Of a DNA stretch of 64,000 nt, positions 7,912 to 18,610 are shown one piece after another. How positions within the stretch are numbered: the stretch's first letter is position 1; every line of letters starts with the position of its first letter. Both the position numbers and the translations under genes were made by a program. This DNA comes from Escherichia coli (GTDB lineage Bacteria; Pseudomonadota; Gammaproteobacteria; Enterobacterales; Enterobacteriaceae): the NCBI RefSeq assembly GCF_044324875.1, contig NZ_CP172185.1; one strand, 5' to 3'. The notes beneath the pieces were generated by a model. The model was not told the origin of the DNA and did not search any database. It saw nothing but the letters and a program-made list of their open reading frames with translations.

Positions 7912-9413
7912 TGAAGACGTTGTTCTCCCGCTTAATTACCGTTATTGCCTGCTTTTTTATCTTCTCTGCCGCATGGTTTTGCCTGTGGAGCATCAGCCTG
8001 CACCTGGTTGAGCGCCCTGATATGGCGGTGCTGTTATTTCCGTTTGGTCTGCGTCTGGGGCTAATGCTGCAATGCCCGCGCGGATACTGGCCGGTGCTGC
8101 TGGGCGCGGAGTGGCTGCTGATTTACTGGCTAACGCAGGCGGTCGGGTTAACCCATTTCTCCTTATTGGTGATCGGTAGTTTACTGACGTTATTGCCCGT
8201 GGCGCTGATCTCGCGCTATCGCCATCAACGTGACTGGCGCACCCTGCTGTTACAGGGGGCAGCGCTGACGGCGGCGGCGTTGTTGCAGTCGCTGCCCTGG
8301 CTTTGGCACGGCAAAGAGTCGTGGAATGCGCTGTTGCTGACTTTAACTGGCGGCCTGACGCTGGCCCCGATATGTCTGGTGTTCTGGCACTATCTCGCCA
8401 ATAACACCTGGCTGCCGCTCGGGCCGTCACTGGTTTCTCAGCCAATCAACTGGCGCGGGCGGCATCTGGTCTGGTACTTGCTGTTGTTTGTTATTAGTCT
8501 CTGGCTCCAGTTGGGATTGCCGGACGAACTGTCGCGCTTTACGCCATTCTGTCTGGCGCTGCCGATTATCGCGCTGGCCTGGCACTATGGCTGGCAAGGG
8601 GCGCTGATTGCGACATTGATGAACGCCATCGCGCTGATCGCCAGTCAAACCTGGCGCGATCATCCGGTGGATTTATTGCTCTCGCTGCTGGTGCAAAGTC
8701 TGACAGGGTTGTTACTGGGCGCAGGCATCCAGCGGTTGCGTGAACTTAACCAGTCGCTGCAAAAGGAACTGGCGCGCAATCAGCATCTCGCTGAACGTTT
8801 GTTAGAAACTGAAGAGAGCGTGCGCCGTGATGTGGCGCGTGAGCTGCACGACGATATCGGCCAGACCATCACTGCTATTCGTACTCAAGCGGGCATTGTT
8901 CAGCGGCTGGCGGCAGATAACGCCAGTGTGAAGCAGAGCGGGCAGCTCATCGAACAACTGTCGCTGGGTGTTTACGACGCGGTGCGCCGTTTGTTAGGGC
9001 GGTTGCGTCCGCGCCAGCTGGATGATCTCACCCTGGAGCAGGCCATCCGCTCACTGATGCGGGAAATGGAGCTGGAAGGGCGCGGCATTGTCAGCCATCT
9101 CGAATGGCGAATCGATGAATCAGCGTTAAGCGAAAACCAGCGCGTGACGCTGTTTCGTGTCTGCCAGGAAGGGCTGAACAACATTGTGAAACATGCCGAT
9201 GCCAGCGCGGTCACCCTGCAAGGCTGGCAGCAGGATGAACGGTTGATGCTGGTGATTGAAGACGATGGCAGCGGTTTGCCGCCGGGTTCCGGGCAACAAG
9301 GTTTTGGCCTCACCGGAATGCGCGAGCGCGTAACGGCGCTGGGCGGCACATTACACATTTCCTGCCTGCATGGCACGCGTGTCAGCGTTTCTCTACCTCA
9401 ACGCTATGTCTAA
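7911..9413 (+). CDS. uhpB: Sensor histidine kinase UhpB
   Basis: [23 protein letters not shown]... has multiple N-terminal TM segments, an H-box HDDIGQ, and a C-terminal ATPase domain. Its start overlaps the uhpA stop. Confidence 0.95.
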
Positions 9414-9422
9414 GGTTTGATG

Positions 9423-10742
9423 ATGTTGCCGTTTCTGAAAGCGCCTGCCGATGCGCCATTAATGACTGATAAACATGAAATTGATGCCCGCTATCGTTAC
9501 TGGCGTCGGCATATTCTGCTGACCATCTGGCTGGGTTACGCGCTGTTTTACTTCACGCGGAAAAGTTTTAACGCCGCCGTACCAGAAATCCTTGCTAATG
9601 GCGTGCTCAGCCGTAGCGATATCGGCCTGTTAGCGACCCTGTTTTACATTACCTACGGCGTGTCGAAGTTTGTCTCCGGCATTGTCAGCGATCGCTCAAA
9701 TGCCCGTTATTTTATGGGGATAGGGCTTATCGCCACGGGCATTATCAACATTCTGTTTGGCTTCTCGACGTCGCTATGGGCGTTTGCCGTACTCTGGGTG
9801 CTGAACGCCTTTTTCCAGGGCTGGGGTTCACCGGTGTGTGCGCGTCTGTTAACCGCCTGGTATTCTCGTACCGAGCGCGGCGGTTGGTGGGCATTATGGA
9901 ACACGGCGCATAACGTCGGCGGCGCACTCATTCCCATTGTGATGGCAGCGGCTGCACTACATTACGGCTGGCGTGCCGGGATGATGATTGCTGGTTGTAT
10001 GGCGATCGTCGTGGGGATTTTTCTCTGCTGGCGGCTGCGCGATCGCCCGCAGGCGTTAGGTTTACCTGCGGTTGGTGAATGGCGGCACGACGCGCTGGAG
10101 ATTGCTCAACAACAAGAAGGGGCAGGGCTGACGCGTAAAGAGATCCTCACCAAGTATGTGTTGCTGAATCCGTATATCTGGCTGCTTTCGTTTTGCTATG
10201 TGCTGGTCTATGTGGTTCGGGCGGCGATCAACGACTGGGGCAATTTGTATATGTCCGAGACGCTGGGCGTCGATCTGGTCACGGCGAATACGGCAGTGAC
10301 GATGTTTGAACTGGGCGGATTTATCGGTGCGCTGGTAGCGGGTTGGGGCTCGGACAAACTGTTTAACGGCAACCGCGGGCCGATGAATTTGATTTTCGCT
10401 GCCGGAATTTTGCTTTCAGTCGGCTCGCTGTGGCTGATGCCATTTGCCAGCTACGTGATGCAGGCAACCTGCTTCTTCACCATTGGTTTTTTTGTCTTTG
10501 GCCCGCAGATGTTAATCGGCATGGCGGCGGCAGAATGTTCCCACAAAGAGGCGGCAGGGGCGGCGACGGGGTTTGTCGGCTTGTTTGCTTATCTGGGGGC
10601 GTCGCTTGCTGGTTGGCCACTGGCGAAAGTACTCGATACCTGGCACTGGAGCGGATTTTTTGTGGTTATCTCAATCGCCGCCGGGATTTCCGCACTGCTG
10701 TTACTGCCCTTTTTGAACGCCCAGGCACCGCGCGAAGCGTGA
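9423..10742 (+). CDS. uhpC: Glucose-6-phosphate sensor/MFS protein UhpC
   Basis: MLPFLKAPADAPLMTDKHEIDARYRYWRRHILL... is an MFS organophosphate:Pi antiporter-like protein and a UhpT paralog. Confidence 0.95.
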   Translation: MLPFLKAPADAPLMTDKHEIDARYRYWRRHILLTIWLGYALFYFTRKSFNAAVPEILANGVLSRSDIGLLATLFYITYGVSKFVSGIVSDRSNARYFMGIGLIATGIINILFGFSTSLWAFAVLWVLNAFFQGWGSPVCARLLTAWYSRTERGGWWALWNTAHNVGGALIPIVMAAAALHYGWRAGMMIAGCMAIVVGIFLCWRLRDRPQALGLPAVGEWRHDALEIAQQQEGAGLTRKEILTKYVLLNPYIWLLSFCYVLVYVVRAAINDWGNLYMSETLGVDLVTANTAVTMFELGGFIGALVAGWGSDKLFNGNRGPMNLIFAAGILLSVGSLWLMPFASYVMQATCFFTIGFFVFGPQMLIGMAAAECSHKEAAGAATGFVGLFAYLGASLAGWPLAKVLDTWHWSGFFVVISIAAGISALLLLPFLNAQAPREA

Positions 10743-10769
10743 TGCATCTCACCTTTTCACTTCATATCC

Positions 10770-10849
10770 GGCAAAACTAAGAAATTTTCCAGGTTTTGCC
10801 TGGACGCTATCTCAGGCCTGATTTGCTGCTGATTTTTACAATGCCATCA
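10770..10849 (+). promoter_or_regulatory. uhpT promoter with UhpA-binding inverted repeat
   Basis: GGCAAAAC-N15-GTTTTGCC is a perfect inverted repeat (10770..10800). It includes GGCAAAACTAAGAAA, which matches the UhpA site consensus as I recall it. A -10-like TACAAT lies at 10837..10842. Confidence 0.6.
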
Positions 10850-10997
10850 TTCATTAATTCTTTCCCAAAATAATTCAAGTTGCAGGAACGCAGCAAACGC
10901 GTGAGTCCCGGGAGCATAGTGAACTATGTGACCGGGAGGAATGCGTGCAGCTAAGGCACCTGCGGCTTGAAGTATGAAGGGAAATCAGGAGTAACCC

Positions 10998-12389
10998 ATG
11001 CTGGCTTTCTTAAACCAGGTTCGCAAGCCGACCCTGGACCTTCCGCTCGAAGTGCGGCGCAAAATGTGGTTCAAACCGTTCATGCAATCCTACCTGGTGG
11101 TCTTTATCGGCTACCTGACGATGTACCTGATTCGCAAGAACTTTAACATCGCGCAGAACGATATGATTTCGACCTACGGGTTGAGCATGACGCAGCTGGG
11201 GATGATCGGCCTGGGGTTCTCCATCACTTATGGCGTGGGTAAAACGCTGGTTTCCTACTACGCCGACGGCAAAAACACCAAACAATTCCTGCCGTTCATG
11301 CTGATCCTGTCTGCCATTTGTATGCTGGGCTTCAGCGCCAGTATGGGCAGCGGCTCGGTTAGCCTGTTCCTGATGATTGCCTTCTACGCCTTAAGCGGCT
11401 TTTTCCAGAGTACCGGGGGTTCGTGCAGTTACTCCACCATCACCAAATGGACGCCGCGTCGTAAACGCGGGACATTCCTCGGTTTCTGGAACATTTCTCA
11501 CAACCTTGGCGGTGCAGGCGCGGCGGGTGTGGCACTGTTCGGCGCAAATTACCTGTTCGATGGTCATGTCATCGGCATGTTTATTTTCCCGTCGATTATC
11601 GCGCTGATTGTCGGTTTTATCGGCCTGCGTTACGGCAGCGACTCCCCGGAATCTTATGGCCTCGGCAAAGCTGAAGAGCTGTTCGGCGAGGAGATCAGCG
11701 AAGAGGACAAAGAGACAGAATCTACCGATATGACCAAGTGGCAGATCTTTGTTGAGTATGTGCTGAAAAACAAAGTGATCTGGCTACTGTGCTTCGCCAA
11801 CATTTTCCTCTATGTGGTGCGTATTGGTATCGACCAGTGGTCAACTGTGTACGCGTTCCAGGAACTGAAACTCTCTAAAGCGGTGGCGATTCAGGGCTTT
11901 ACGCTGTTTGAAGCTGGCGCGCTGGTCGGTACGCTGCTGTGGGGCTGGCTCTCTGACCTGGCGAACGGTCGCCGTGGCCTGGTGGCCTGTATCGCGCTGG
12001 CGCTGATTATCGCCACGCTCGGTGTGTATCAACACGCCAGCAATCAATATATCTACCTGGCTTCTCTCTTTGCGTTGGGTTTCCTGGTCTTTGGCCCGCA
12101 ATTGTTGATTGGTGTGGCCGCAGTTGGCTTTGTACCTAAAAAAGCGATTGGCGCTGCCGATGGTATTAAAGGCACCTTCGCTTACCTGATTGGTGACAGC
12201 TTTGCCAAGTTAGGTCTGGGAATGATTGCCGATGGGACGCCAGTATTCGGCCTTACCGGCTGGGCAGGCACCTTCGCTGCGCTGGATATCGCCGCGATTG
12301 GTTGTATCTGCCTGATGGCGATAGTGGCGGTGATGGAAGAACGCAAAATCCGCCGCGAGAAAAAAATTCAGCAGTTGACAGTGGCATAA
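10998..12389 (+). CDS. uhpT: Hexose-6-phosphate:phosphate antiporter UhpT
   Basis: The 463-aa ORF begins [49 protein letters not shown]. Confidence 0.97.
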   Translation: MLAFLNQVRKPTLDLPLEVRRKMWFKPFMQSYLVVFIGYLTMYLIRKNFNIAQNDMISTYGLSMTQLGMIGLGFSITYGVGKTLVSYYADGKNTKQFLPFMLILSAICMLGFSASMGSGSVSLFLMIAFYALSGFFQSTGGSCSYSTITKWTPRRKRGTFLGFWNISHNLGGAGAAGVALFGANYLFDGHVIGMFIFPSIIALIVGFIGLRYGSDSPESYGLGKAEELFGEEISEEDKETESTDMTKWQIFVEYVLKNKVIWLLCFANIFLYVVRIGIDQWSTVYAFQELKLSKAVAIQGFTLFEAGALVGTLLWGWLSDLANGRRGLVACIALALIIATLGVYQHASNQYIYLASLFALGFLVFGPQLLIGVAAVGFVPKKAIGAADGIKGTFAYLIGDSFAKLGLGMIADGTPVFGLTGWAGTFAALDIAAIGCICLMAIVAVMEERKIRREKKIQQLTVA

Positions 12390-12407
12390 ACGTAACTGGT
12401 GACTTTT

Positions 12408-12433
12408 GCCCGGCATGACGCCGGGCTTTTTTT
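12408..12433 (+). terminator. uhpT rho-independent terminator
   Basis: The stem GCCCGGC-ATGAC-GCCGGGC is followed by TTTTTTTATT. Confidence 0.85.
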
Positions 12434-12434
12434 A

Positions 12435-14201
12435 TTATTCAGTGACTTCCAGCGTGGTGAAGGCAAACTTCTCGCCATCAAACAGCCCCTGGCTGGTTAG
12501 TTTCAGCGCGGGGATCACTGGCAGGGAAAGAAACGCCATCTGAATAAACGGCTCATCGGGTAACGGACCGCATTCACGGGCGGCGGCTTTCAAGGCGTCA
12601 ATTTGCTCCGCCAGTGACTGCGCCGTGTCGGTGCTCATTAGCCCGGCAATGGGCAACGGTAGATGACTTTGTACCTGGCCGTTACGGACCACGCACAACC
12701 CGCCGCCATCCTGAATCACCTGATTGACCGCCAGCGCCATCTCTTGGGCACTGCGACCGATCACCACAATATTATGGCTGTCATGGCTGACCGTCGCAGC
12801 CAGCGCGCCTTCATTCAGGCCAAAGCCGCCGAGCAAACCACAAGCCGGAGCCAGTCGTTGCCCGTAACGCTCAAGTACGGCAATAAAGCACACATTATCG
12901 CGATCAAAACCATTTTCGCTATAGACGCTGGAGCGGGAGTGCGTGATTAATTCGTTATGGATGACGTCAATAACCCGATAGCGTTTTCCGGGCGTAAATT
13001 GCAGGGCAAAGTCGCTGGCGGAAACAGGCTGGCGGGCAATGGTATTGCCATATGGCGGAGCGGATTGTGCCAGTCTCGCCGACTCTTCCGCCTGTAAGGT
13101 TTGCGCATCAATCGGCTCGCCTTTCACCAGTACCTGTTGCACCGTGACCTTACGCGCATCGCTCAACAGGACGATATCGGCCTGCTTGCCGGGTGCCAGT
13201 AAGCCGAGGTGATTCAGACCAAAATGGCGCGCCGTCGACCAGCTGGCGACGCGATATGCCACATGCAGCGGCACATTGTGTTGTTCGATCAGGCGGCGAA
13301 TTAAGGCATCGATGTGTCCTTCATGGGCGATCTCCCACGGGTTACGGTCATCGGTACAGAGCATGCATTGCGGGCTGTTAAATTCGTTGATCAACGGTGC
13401 CAGCGCGTTGAGATTGCGGGCAGCGGACCCTTCGCGGATCATCAACGACATACCGAGTTGTAATTTCCGGCGTCCTTCTTCCAGCTGATAACTTTCGTGG
13501 CAGTTTTCAATACCCGCAGCAATATAGGCGTTAAGTTCTTTACCAACCAAACCCGGGCAGTGACCGTCCAGCGTCAGGTGGCGAAATGCATCCAGTTTAT
13601 CGAGCAGCGCATTCTGCCCGCTAATTACGCCAGGGTAGTCCATCATTTCTGCAAGGCCGGTAACCTGCGGATGGTCCCGCCAGGCGAGCATCTGTTCAAG
13701 GGTAAAACTGGCACCGTTAACATCGCAGCCTTCCAGAGCGGGTACGCAAGAGCTGACCTGTAAGTACTGGTTTTGCCTTGCCTGTTCGGCACAGCGGGCA
13801 AACCAGGCGAATCCGGCTTCGCCCATCACGTTGACGATTTCATGAGGATCGCAAATAACAGTTGTCAGGCCGCGAGGCAGGGTGGCGGTTTCAAAGGTGA
13901 CCGGCGTCATCATGCTGGATTCAATATGCAGGTGAGCATCAATAAACCCTGGCACCGCCGTTGCGCCGTGGGCATCAATCCGCTGCAAAGCCGGAGCATC
14001 AGTGTATTCTGCGCCAACACCGGCAATGTAACGCCCTTTAATCACAATTGGGCCGGAAATTTCTCCGCCATTGATCAGGTCGAGAATAGAGACATTATCA
14101 ATAATATAATCGGCAACAGCGTCGCCACGGGAAACGGCTAACAATTCCTGGTATTCCGCCCGGCTAATGTGATGAAATTTATGGTTAATAGAATTATTCA
14201 T
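12435..14201 (-). CDS. ade: Adenine deaminase
   Basis: The 588-aa ORF begins [36 protein letters not shown] and has the amidohydrolase HxH motif [11 protein letters not shown]. Confidence 0.97.
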   Translation of the reverse strand: MNNSINHKFHHISRAEYQELLAVSRGDAVADYIIDNVSILDLINGGEISGPIVIKGRYIAGVGAEYTDAPALQRIDAHGATAVPGFIDAHLHIESSMMTPVTFETATLPRGLTTVICDPHEIVNVMGEAGFAWFARCAEQARQNQYLQVSSCVPALEGCDVNGASFTLEQMLAWRDHPQVTGLAEMMDYPGVISGQNALLDKLDAFRHLTLDGHCPGLVGKELNAYIAAGIENCHESYQLEEGRRKLQLGMSLMIREGSAARNLNALAPLINEFNSPQCMLCTDDRNPWEIAHEGHIDALIRRLIEQHNVPLHVAYRVASWSTARHFGLNHLGLLAPGKQADIVLLSDARKVTVQQVLVKGEPIDAQTLQAEESARLAQSAPPYGNTIARQPVSASDFALQFTPGKRYRVIDVIHNELITHSRSSVYSENGFDRDNVCFIAVLERYGQRLAPACGLLGGFGLNEGALAATVSHDSHNIVVIGRSAQEMALAVNQVIQDGGGLCVVRNGQVQSHLPLPIAGLMSTDTAQSLAEQIDALKAAARECGPLPDEPFIQMAFLSLPVIPALKLTSQGLFDGEKFAFTTLEVTE

Positions 14202-14375
14202 ATTTTTCTCATTTTGATTTTATCAATTTGATTATTATTTATCATAAAGAAACGTCGCGAGATTATTAAAGAATATCCATTAATGCGCAATTGAAATGTG
14301 ATAATTATCACTGAACCGTTGTTGTCATTTGTTTTACAAAAGCAAGGGATTAAATCTCCTCCAATGGACAAAAAA

Positions 14376-15710
14376 ATGAATAATGACAATACCGATTACG
14401 TGAGTAATGAATCAGGGACGCTTTCGCGATTATTTAAACTACCTCAGCATGGGACCACCGTCCGCACAGAATTGATTGCGGGGATGACCACTTTTTTAAC
14501 CATGGTGTACATCGTTTTTGTGAACCCGCAAATCCTCGGCGCGGCACAAATGGACCCGAAAGTGGTGTTTGTTACCACCTGTTTGATTGCCGGTATCGGC
14601 AGTATTGCGATGGGGATATTTGCTAACTTACCCGTGGCGCTGGCTCCGGCAATGGGGCTGAACGCCTTCTTTGCGTTCGTGGTCGTGGGGGCGATGGGTA
14701 TCTCCTGGCAGACCGGGATGGGCGCGATATTCTGGGGCGCAATTGGGCTATTTTTGCTCACGCTGTTTCGTATCCGTTACTGGATGATCTCCAACATTCC
14801 ATTAAGTTTACGTATTGGTATCACCAGCGGAATCGGATTATTTATTGCCTTAATGGGATTAAAAAACACTGGCGTTATTGTCGCCAATAAAGACACCCTG
14901 GTGATGATTGGCGATTTAAGTTCTCACGGCGTGTTGTTAGGTATTTTAGGGTTTTTTATTATAACCGTGTTGTCATCACGTCATTTTCATGCCGCGGTGT
15001 TGGTTTCTATTGTGGTGACGTCTTGCTGTGGCTTATTTTTCGGTGATGTTCATTTTAGCGGCGTCTATTCCATTCCGCCTGATATTAGCGGCGTCATTGG
15101 TGAAGTAGATTTGAGCGGCGCGTTAACACTTGAACTCGCCGGTATCATTTTCTCCTTTATGCTGATCAACCTATTTGATTCATCAGGAACATTAATTGGT
15201 GTAACTGATAAAGCTGGCTTAATAGATAGTAACGGTCAATTCCCCAATATGAATAAGGCGCTGTATGTTGATAGCGTCAGTTCGGTGGCAGGCGCATTTA
15301 TTGGTACCTCATCTGTTACTGCCTATATTGAAAGTACTTCTGGTGTGGCGGTCGGTGGTCGCACGGGGCTGACGGCTGTCGTGGTCGGCGTTATGTTCCT
15401 GTTAGTTATGTTCTTCTCACCGCTGGTGGCGATGGTTCCTCCTTACGCAACCGCCGGAGCGTTAATCTTTGTTGGCGTGTTGATGACCTCAAGCCTGGCG
15501 CGCGTTAACTGGGATGATTTTACCGAATCGGTGCCTGCGTTTGTTACCACGGTGATGATGCCCTTTACTTTCTCGATCACCGAAGGGATTGCACTTGGCT
15601 TTATGTCGTACTGCATCATGAAAGTGTGCACCGGGCGCTGGCGCGATCTGAACCTGTGTGTGGTGGTGGTCGCAGCTCTGTTTGCACTGAAGATTATTCT
15701 GGTGGATTAG
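14376..15710 (+). CDS. adeQ: Adenine permease AdeQ (YicO), NCS2/AzgA family
   Basis: MNNDNTDYVSNESGTLSRLFKLPQHGTTVRTELIAGMTTFLTMVYIVFVNP starts at the internal ATG at 14376, matching the 444-aa K-12 protein. Confidence 0.93.
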   Translation: MNNDNTDYVSNESGTLSRLFKLPQHGTTVRTELIAGMTTFLTMVYIVFVNPQILGAAQMDPKVVFVTTCLIAGIGSIAMGIFANLPVALAPAMGLNAFFAFVVVGAMGISWQTGMGAIFWGAIGLFLLTLFRIRYWMISNIPLSLRIGITSGIGLFIALMGLKNTGVIVANKDTLVMIGDLSSHGVLLGILGFFIITVLSSRHFHAAVLVSIVVTSCCGLFFGDVHFSGVYSIPPDISGVIGEVDLSGALTLELAGIIFSFMLINLFDSSGTLIGVTDKAGLIDSNGQFPNMNKALYVDSVSSVAGAFIGTSSVTAYIESTSGVAVGGRTGLTAVVVGVMFLLVMFFSPLVAMVPPYATAGALIFVGVLMTSSLARVNWDDFTESVPAFVTTVMMPFTFSITEGIALGFMSYCIMKVCTGRWRDLNLCVVVVAALFALKIILVD

Positions 15711-15762
15711 TAACTGGCGAGGGTTTCCAGATATCATGAGTTCTGATTACGCAGGAGAACTC

Positions 15763-16215
15763 ATGATCTGGATAATGCTCGCCACGCTGGCGGTGGTGTT
15801 TGTGGTTGGTTTTCGGGTGCTGACATCCGGGGCCAGAAAAGCGATTCGCCGTCTCAGCGATCGGCTGAATATCGATGTCGTACCCGTGGAGTCGATGGTC
15901 GATCAAATGGGAAAGTCAGCCGGTGACGAATTTTTACGTTATTTGCATCGTCCGGATGAGTCGCACCTGCAAAACGCCGCGCAGGTGTTGCTCATCTGGC
16001 AAATTGTCATTGTCGATGGTAGCGAACAGAACCTGCTGCAATGGCATCGGATTTTACAAAAAGCCCGCCTTGCCGCTCCCATTACCGATGCTCAGGTCAG
16101 GCTGGCGCTGGGTTTTCTGCGCGAAACCGAACCTGAAATGCAGGATATTAATGCTTTTCAGATGCGCTATAACGCGTTCTTTCAGCCTGCCGAGGGCGTT
16201 CACTGGCTGCATTAA
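15763..16215 (+). CDS. yicN: DUF1198 protein YicN
   Basis: MIWIMLATLAVVFVVGFRVLTSGARKAIRRLSDRLNIDVV gives 150 aa from the ATG at 15763. Confidence 0.9.
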   Translation: MIWIMLATLAVVFVVGFRVLTSGARKAIRRLSDRLNIDVVPVESMVDQMGKSAGDEFLRYLHRPDESHLQNAAQVLLIWQIVIVDGSEQNLLQWHRILQKARLAAPITDAQVRLALGFLRETEPEMQDINAFQMRYNAFFQPAEGVHWLH

Positions 16216-16254
16216 AACCGCTTCGTCTTATCAGCCTACAGACCGCGCCTGACC

Positions 16255-16290
16255 TGTCGGGTGGATAAGGCGTTCATGCCGCATCCGGTA
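16255..16290. repeat. REP element
   Basis: GTCGGGTGGATAAGGCGTTCATGCCGCATCCGGTA matches the REP consensus. Confidence 0.7.
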
Positions 16291-16330
16291 TCGAAACTGA
16301 CAGTTGGTGAACGCATTATCTACGTTCTAT

Positions 16331-16654
16331 TTACAGCAGCACCTCCAGCCCGTGTTTTTGCACAATGCTGAGCAGTTTTAATGAAATGCCATTGGGGCGT
16401 TTAGCGCCACTTTCCCATTTTTGTACAGTTGAAACGCTGGTATTGAGATAGTGAGCGAAGACGGGCTGACTCACTTTTAATTTTTCCCGCAGTGCTTTTA
16501 TCTCAACAGGTTGTAAGTCTTGCACGCTGGTCAGGCAGGCTTTGTCAAAAGTACGCATCGTTTCGGCAGAAATAGCATCGACGCTGGACAATCCAGCCGC
16601 TGCGCTGTGAATAGCTTCAAATGCAGGACTTTTAAATTTAGTTTTTGCAGTCAT
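16331..16654 (-). CDS. HTH-XRE antitoxin, HigA2-like (COG2944 type)
   Basis: The 107-aa protein has a C-terminal HTH: LREKLKVSQPVFAHYLNTSVSTVQKWESGAKRPNGISLKLL. It lies downstream of the toxin gene and overlaps it by 17 nt (reverse TA order, as in hig loci). Confidence 0.8.
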   Translation of the reverse strand: MTAKTKFKSPAFEAIHSAAAGLSSVDAISAETMRTFDKACLTSVQDLQPVEIKALREKLKVSQPVFAHYLNTSVSTVQKWESGAKRPNGISLKLLSIVQKHGLEVLL

Positions 16655-16997
16655 AGCAGATCTCTGTCAGTTCTTTAGTGTTAATCATTGCTGTTAGTTG
16701 GGCTTTCGTCAGGAAGGCATAATGCTTTGCAAGTTCACGAAACCCAGCCAGTTCCTGACTATTGATGTTCGACATATCCTGTTTTGCATATAAAAACGTG
16801 TAAAACCAATTGCTTCCCCCTTTTGCCAGAATAATTGCACGCTCACGATTTTGGTGAAGGCGCTTTTTAAAAACGCCACCGCCAAGTGCATCAGCTTTAC
16901 CTTGTTCCGTTTCTAAAATGGCCCGGCACAACTCTTCATCTGTTATTGCATGAGACCTGGCTTCCCTTGCAAACCATTTGGTTTTAAACACGCGCAT
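16638..16997 (-). CDS. RelE/ParE-superfamily toxin, HigB2-like
   Basis: The 119-aa protein contains GGGVFKKRL...RAIILAKGGSNWFYTFLYAKQDMSNINSQEL. This matches the GG.RK.R....R.I......F.L..Y.K......L pattern remembered from Vibrio HigB-2-type toxins. Absent from K-12 at this position as I recall. Confidence 0.7.
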   Translation of the reverse strand: MRVFKTKWFAREARSHAITDEELCRAILETEQGKADALGGGVFKKRLHQNRERAIILAKGGSNWFYTFLYAKQDMSNINSQELAGFRELAKHYAFLTKAQLTAMINTKELTEICYDCKN

Positions 16998-17224
16998 ATC
17001 GTTGAGGTCCTGTTGTTAAAGTATATCACCAAGTGCAATACTTTATCCCTTGTTCCCAACACAATCGCGAAAATGCATATCACCTTGCCCTATGATTTTT
17101 ATTTCTTCGAGCAGCCTCGAACTTTTCCCACAACACCGTAAAAGTTGCAAAAACGTTAAATGCGTCACACATTTCAATGTTAAAGTGGTCGGCTTTTCCC
17201 CTGAAACATGCCACGGGTAACACC

Positions 17225-18409
17225 ATGAGTGAATTTATTGCCGAAAACCGCGGCGCGGATGTCATCACCCGACCGAACTGGTCAGCCGTATTCTCGGTGG
17301 CGTTTTGCGTCGCCTGTCTGATTATCGTTGAGTTTTTGCCTGTCAGTTTGTTGACGCCAATGGCCCAGGATTTAGGCATTTCGGAAGGGGTTGCCGGGCA
17401 ATCGGTGACCGTGACCGCTTTTGTGGCAATGTTTGCCAGTTTGTTTATTACCCAGACAATTCAGGCCACTGACCGCCGCTACGTTGTTATTTTGTTTGCC
17501 GTTTTGCTGACGCTCTCCTGCTTGCTGGTTTCCTTTGCTAACTCATTCAGTTTGCTTTTAATTGGTCGTGCCTGTCTGGGGCTGGCGCTGGGCGGGTTCT
17601 GGGCGATGTCGGCGTCGCTGACCATGCGTCTGGTGCCGCCGCGTACGGTGCCGAAGGCGCTGTCGGTGATCTTCGGCGCGGTTTCTATTGCGCTGGTGAT
17701 TGCCGCGCCGTTGGGCAGTTTTTTAGGCGAGCTTATCGGTTGGCGCAATGTCTTTAATGCGGCGGCGGTGATGGGCGTGCTGTGTATTTTCTGGATTATC
17801 AAATCATTGCCCTCGCTGCCAGGCGAACCCTCGCATCAGAAACAAAATACTTTCCGCTTATTACAACGTCCGGGAGTGATGGCAGGGATGATCGCCATCT
17901 TCATGTCTTTCGCCGGGCAGTTTGCTTTCTTCACGTATATTCGCCCGGTGTATATGAACCTGGCGGGATTCGGCGTGGATGGCTTAACGCTGGTGCTGTT
18001 GAGTTTTGGTATCGCCAGCTTTATTGGTACGTCGCTTTCGTCGTTCATTCTTAAACGTTCGGTAAAACTGGCCTTAGCGGGCGCGCCGTTAATACTGGCA
18101 GTGAGTGCGTTGGTGCTGACGTTGTGGGGAAGCGATAAAATCGTTGCTACCGGCGTGGCGATTATCTGGGGGCTGACTTTTGCATTGGTTCCTGTCGGCT
18201 GGTCAACGTGGATCACCCGCTCACTGGCCGATCAGGCAGAAAAAGCCGGGTCTATTCAGGTGGCGGTTATTCAGCTTGCTAATACCTGTGGCGCGGCAAT
18301 CGGTGGTTATGCGCTGGATAATATTGGTCTGACTTCGCCGTTGATGTTGTCCGGCACATTGATGTTGCTGACGGCGTTATTGGTCACCGCAAAGGTGAAA
18401 ATGAAGTAA
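17225..18409 (+). CDS. nepI: Purine ribonucleoside efflux MFS transporter NepI (YicM)
   Basis: [51 protein letters not shown] gives 394 aa from the ATG at 17225. Confidence 0.93.
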   Translation: MSEFIAENRGADVITRPNWSAVFSVAFCVACLIIVEFLPVSLLTPMAQDLGISEGVAGQSVTVTAFVAMFASLFITQTIQATDRRYVVILFAVLLTLSCLLVSFANSFSLLLIGRACLGLALGGFWAMSASLTMRLVPPRTVPKALSVIFGAVSIALVIAAPLGSFLGELIGWRNVFNAAAVMGVLCIFWIIKSLPSLPGEPSHQKQNTFRLLQRPGVMAGMIAIFMSFAGQFAFFTYIRPVYMNLAGFGVDGLTLVLLSFGIASFIGTSLSSFILKRSVKLALAGAPLILAVSALVLTLWGSDKIVATGVAIIWGLTFALVPVGWSTWITRSLADQAEKAGSIQVAVIQLANTCGAAIGGYALDNIGLTSPLMLSGTLMLLTALLVTAKVKMK

Positions 18410-18610
18410 CGTATTTACAGGAGGGGTTACTGCTCTGGCGGGAAGCTCTCCTGTTCTTCCTCCTGATAATCCTTGATCAGGTATTGTTCTTATCTTGTTG
18501 TTATTTCCATTATTCCGCCTGTATTCATCATTTGCTAATCATGAATCATCATTTTCTCTCATGTTAAAGAAAGGTCATTTAATCTGAACGCATAGCGACA
18601 GGGATGACAA

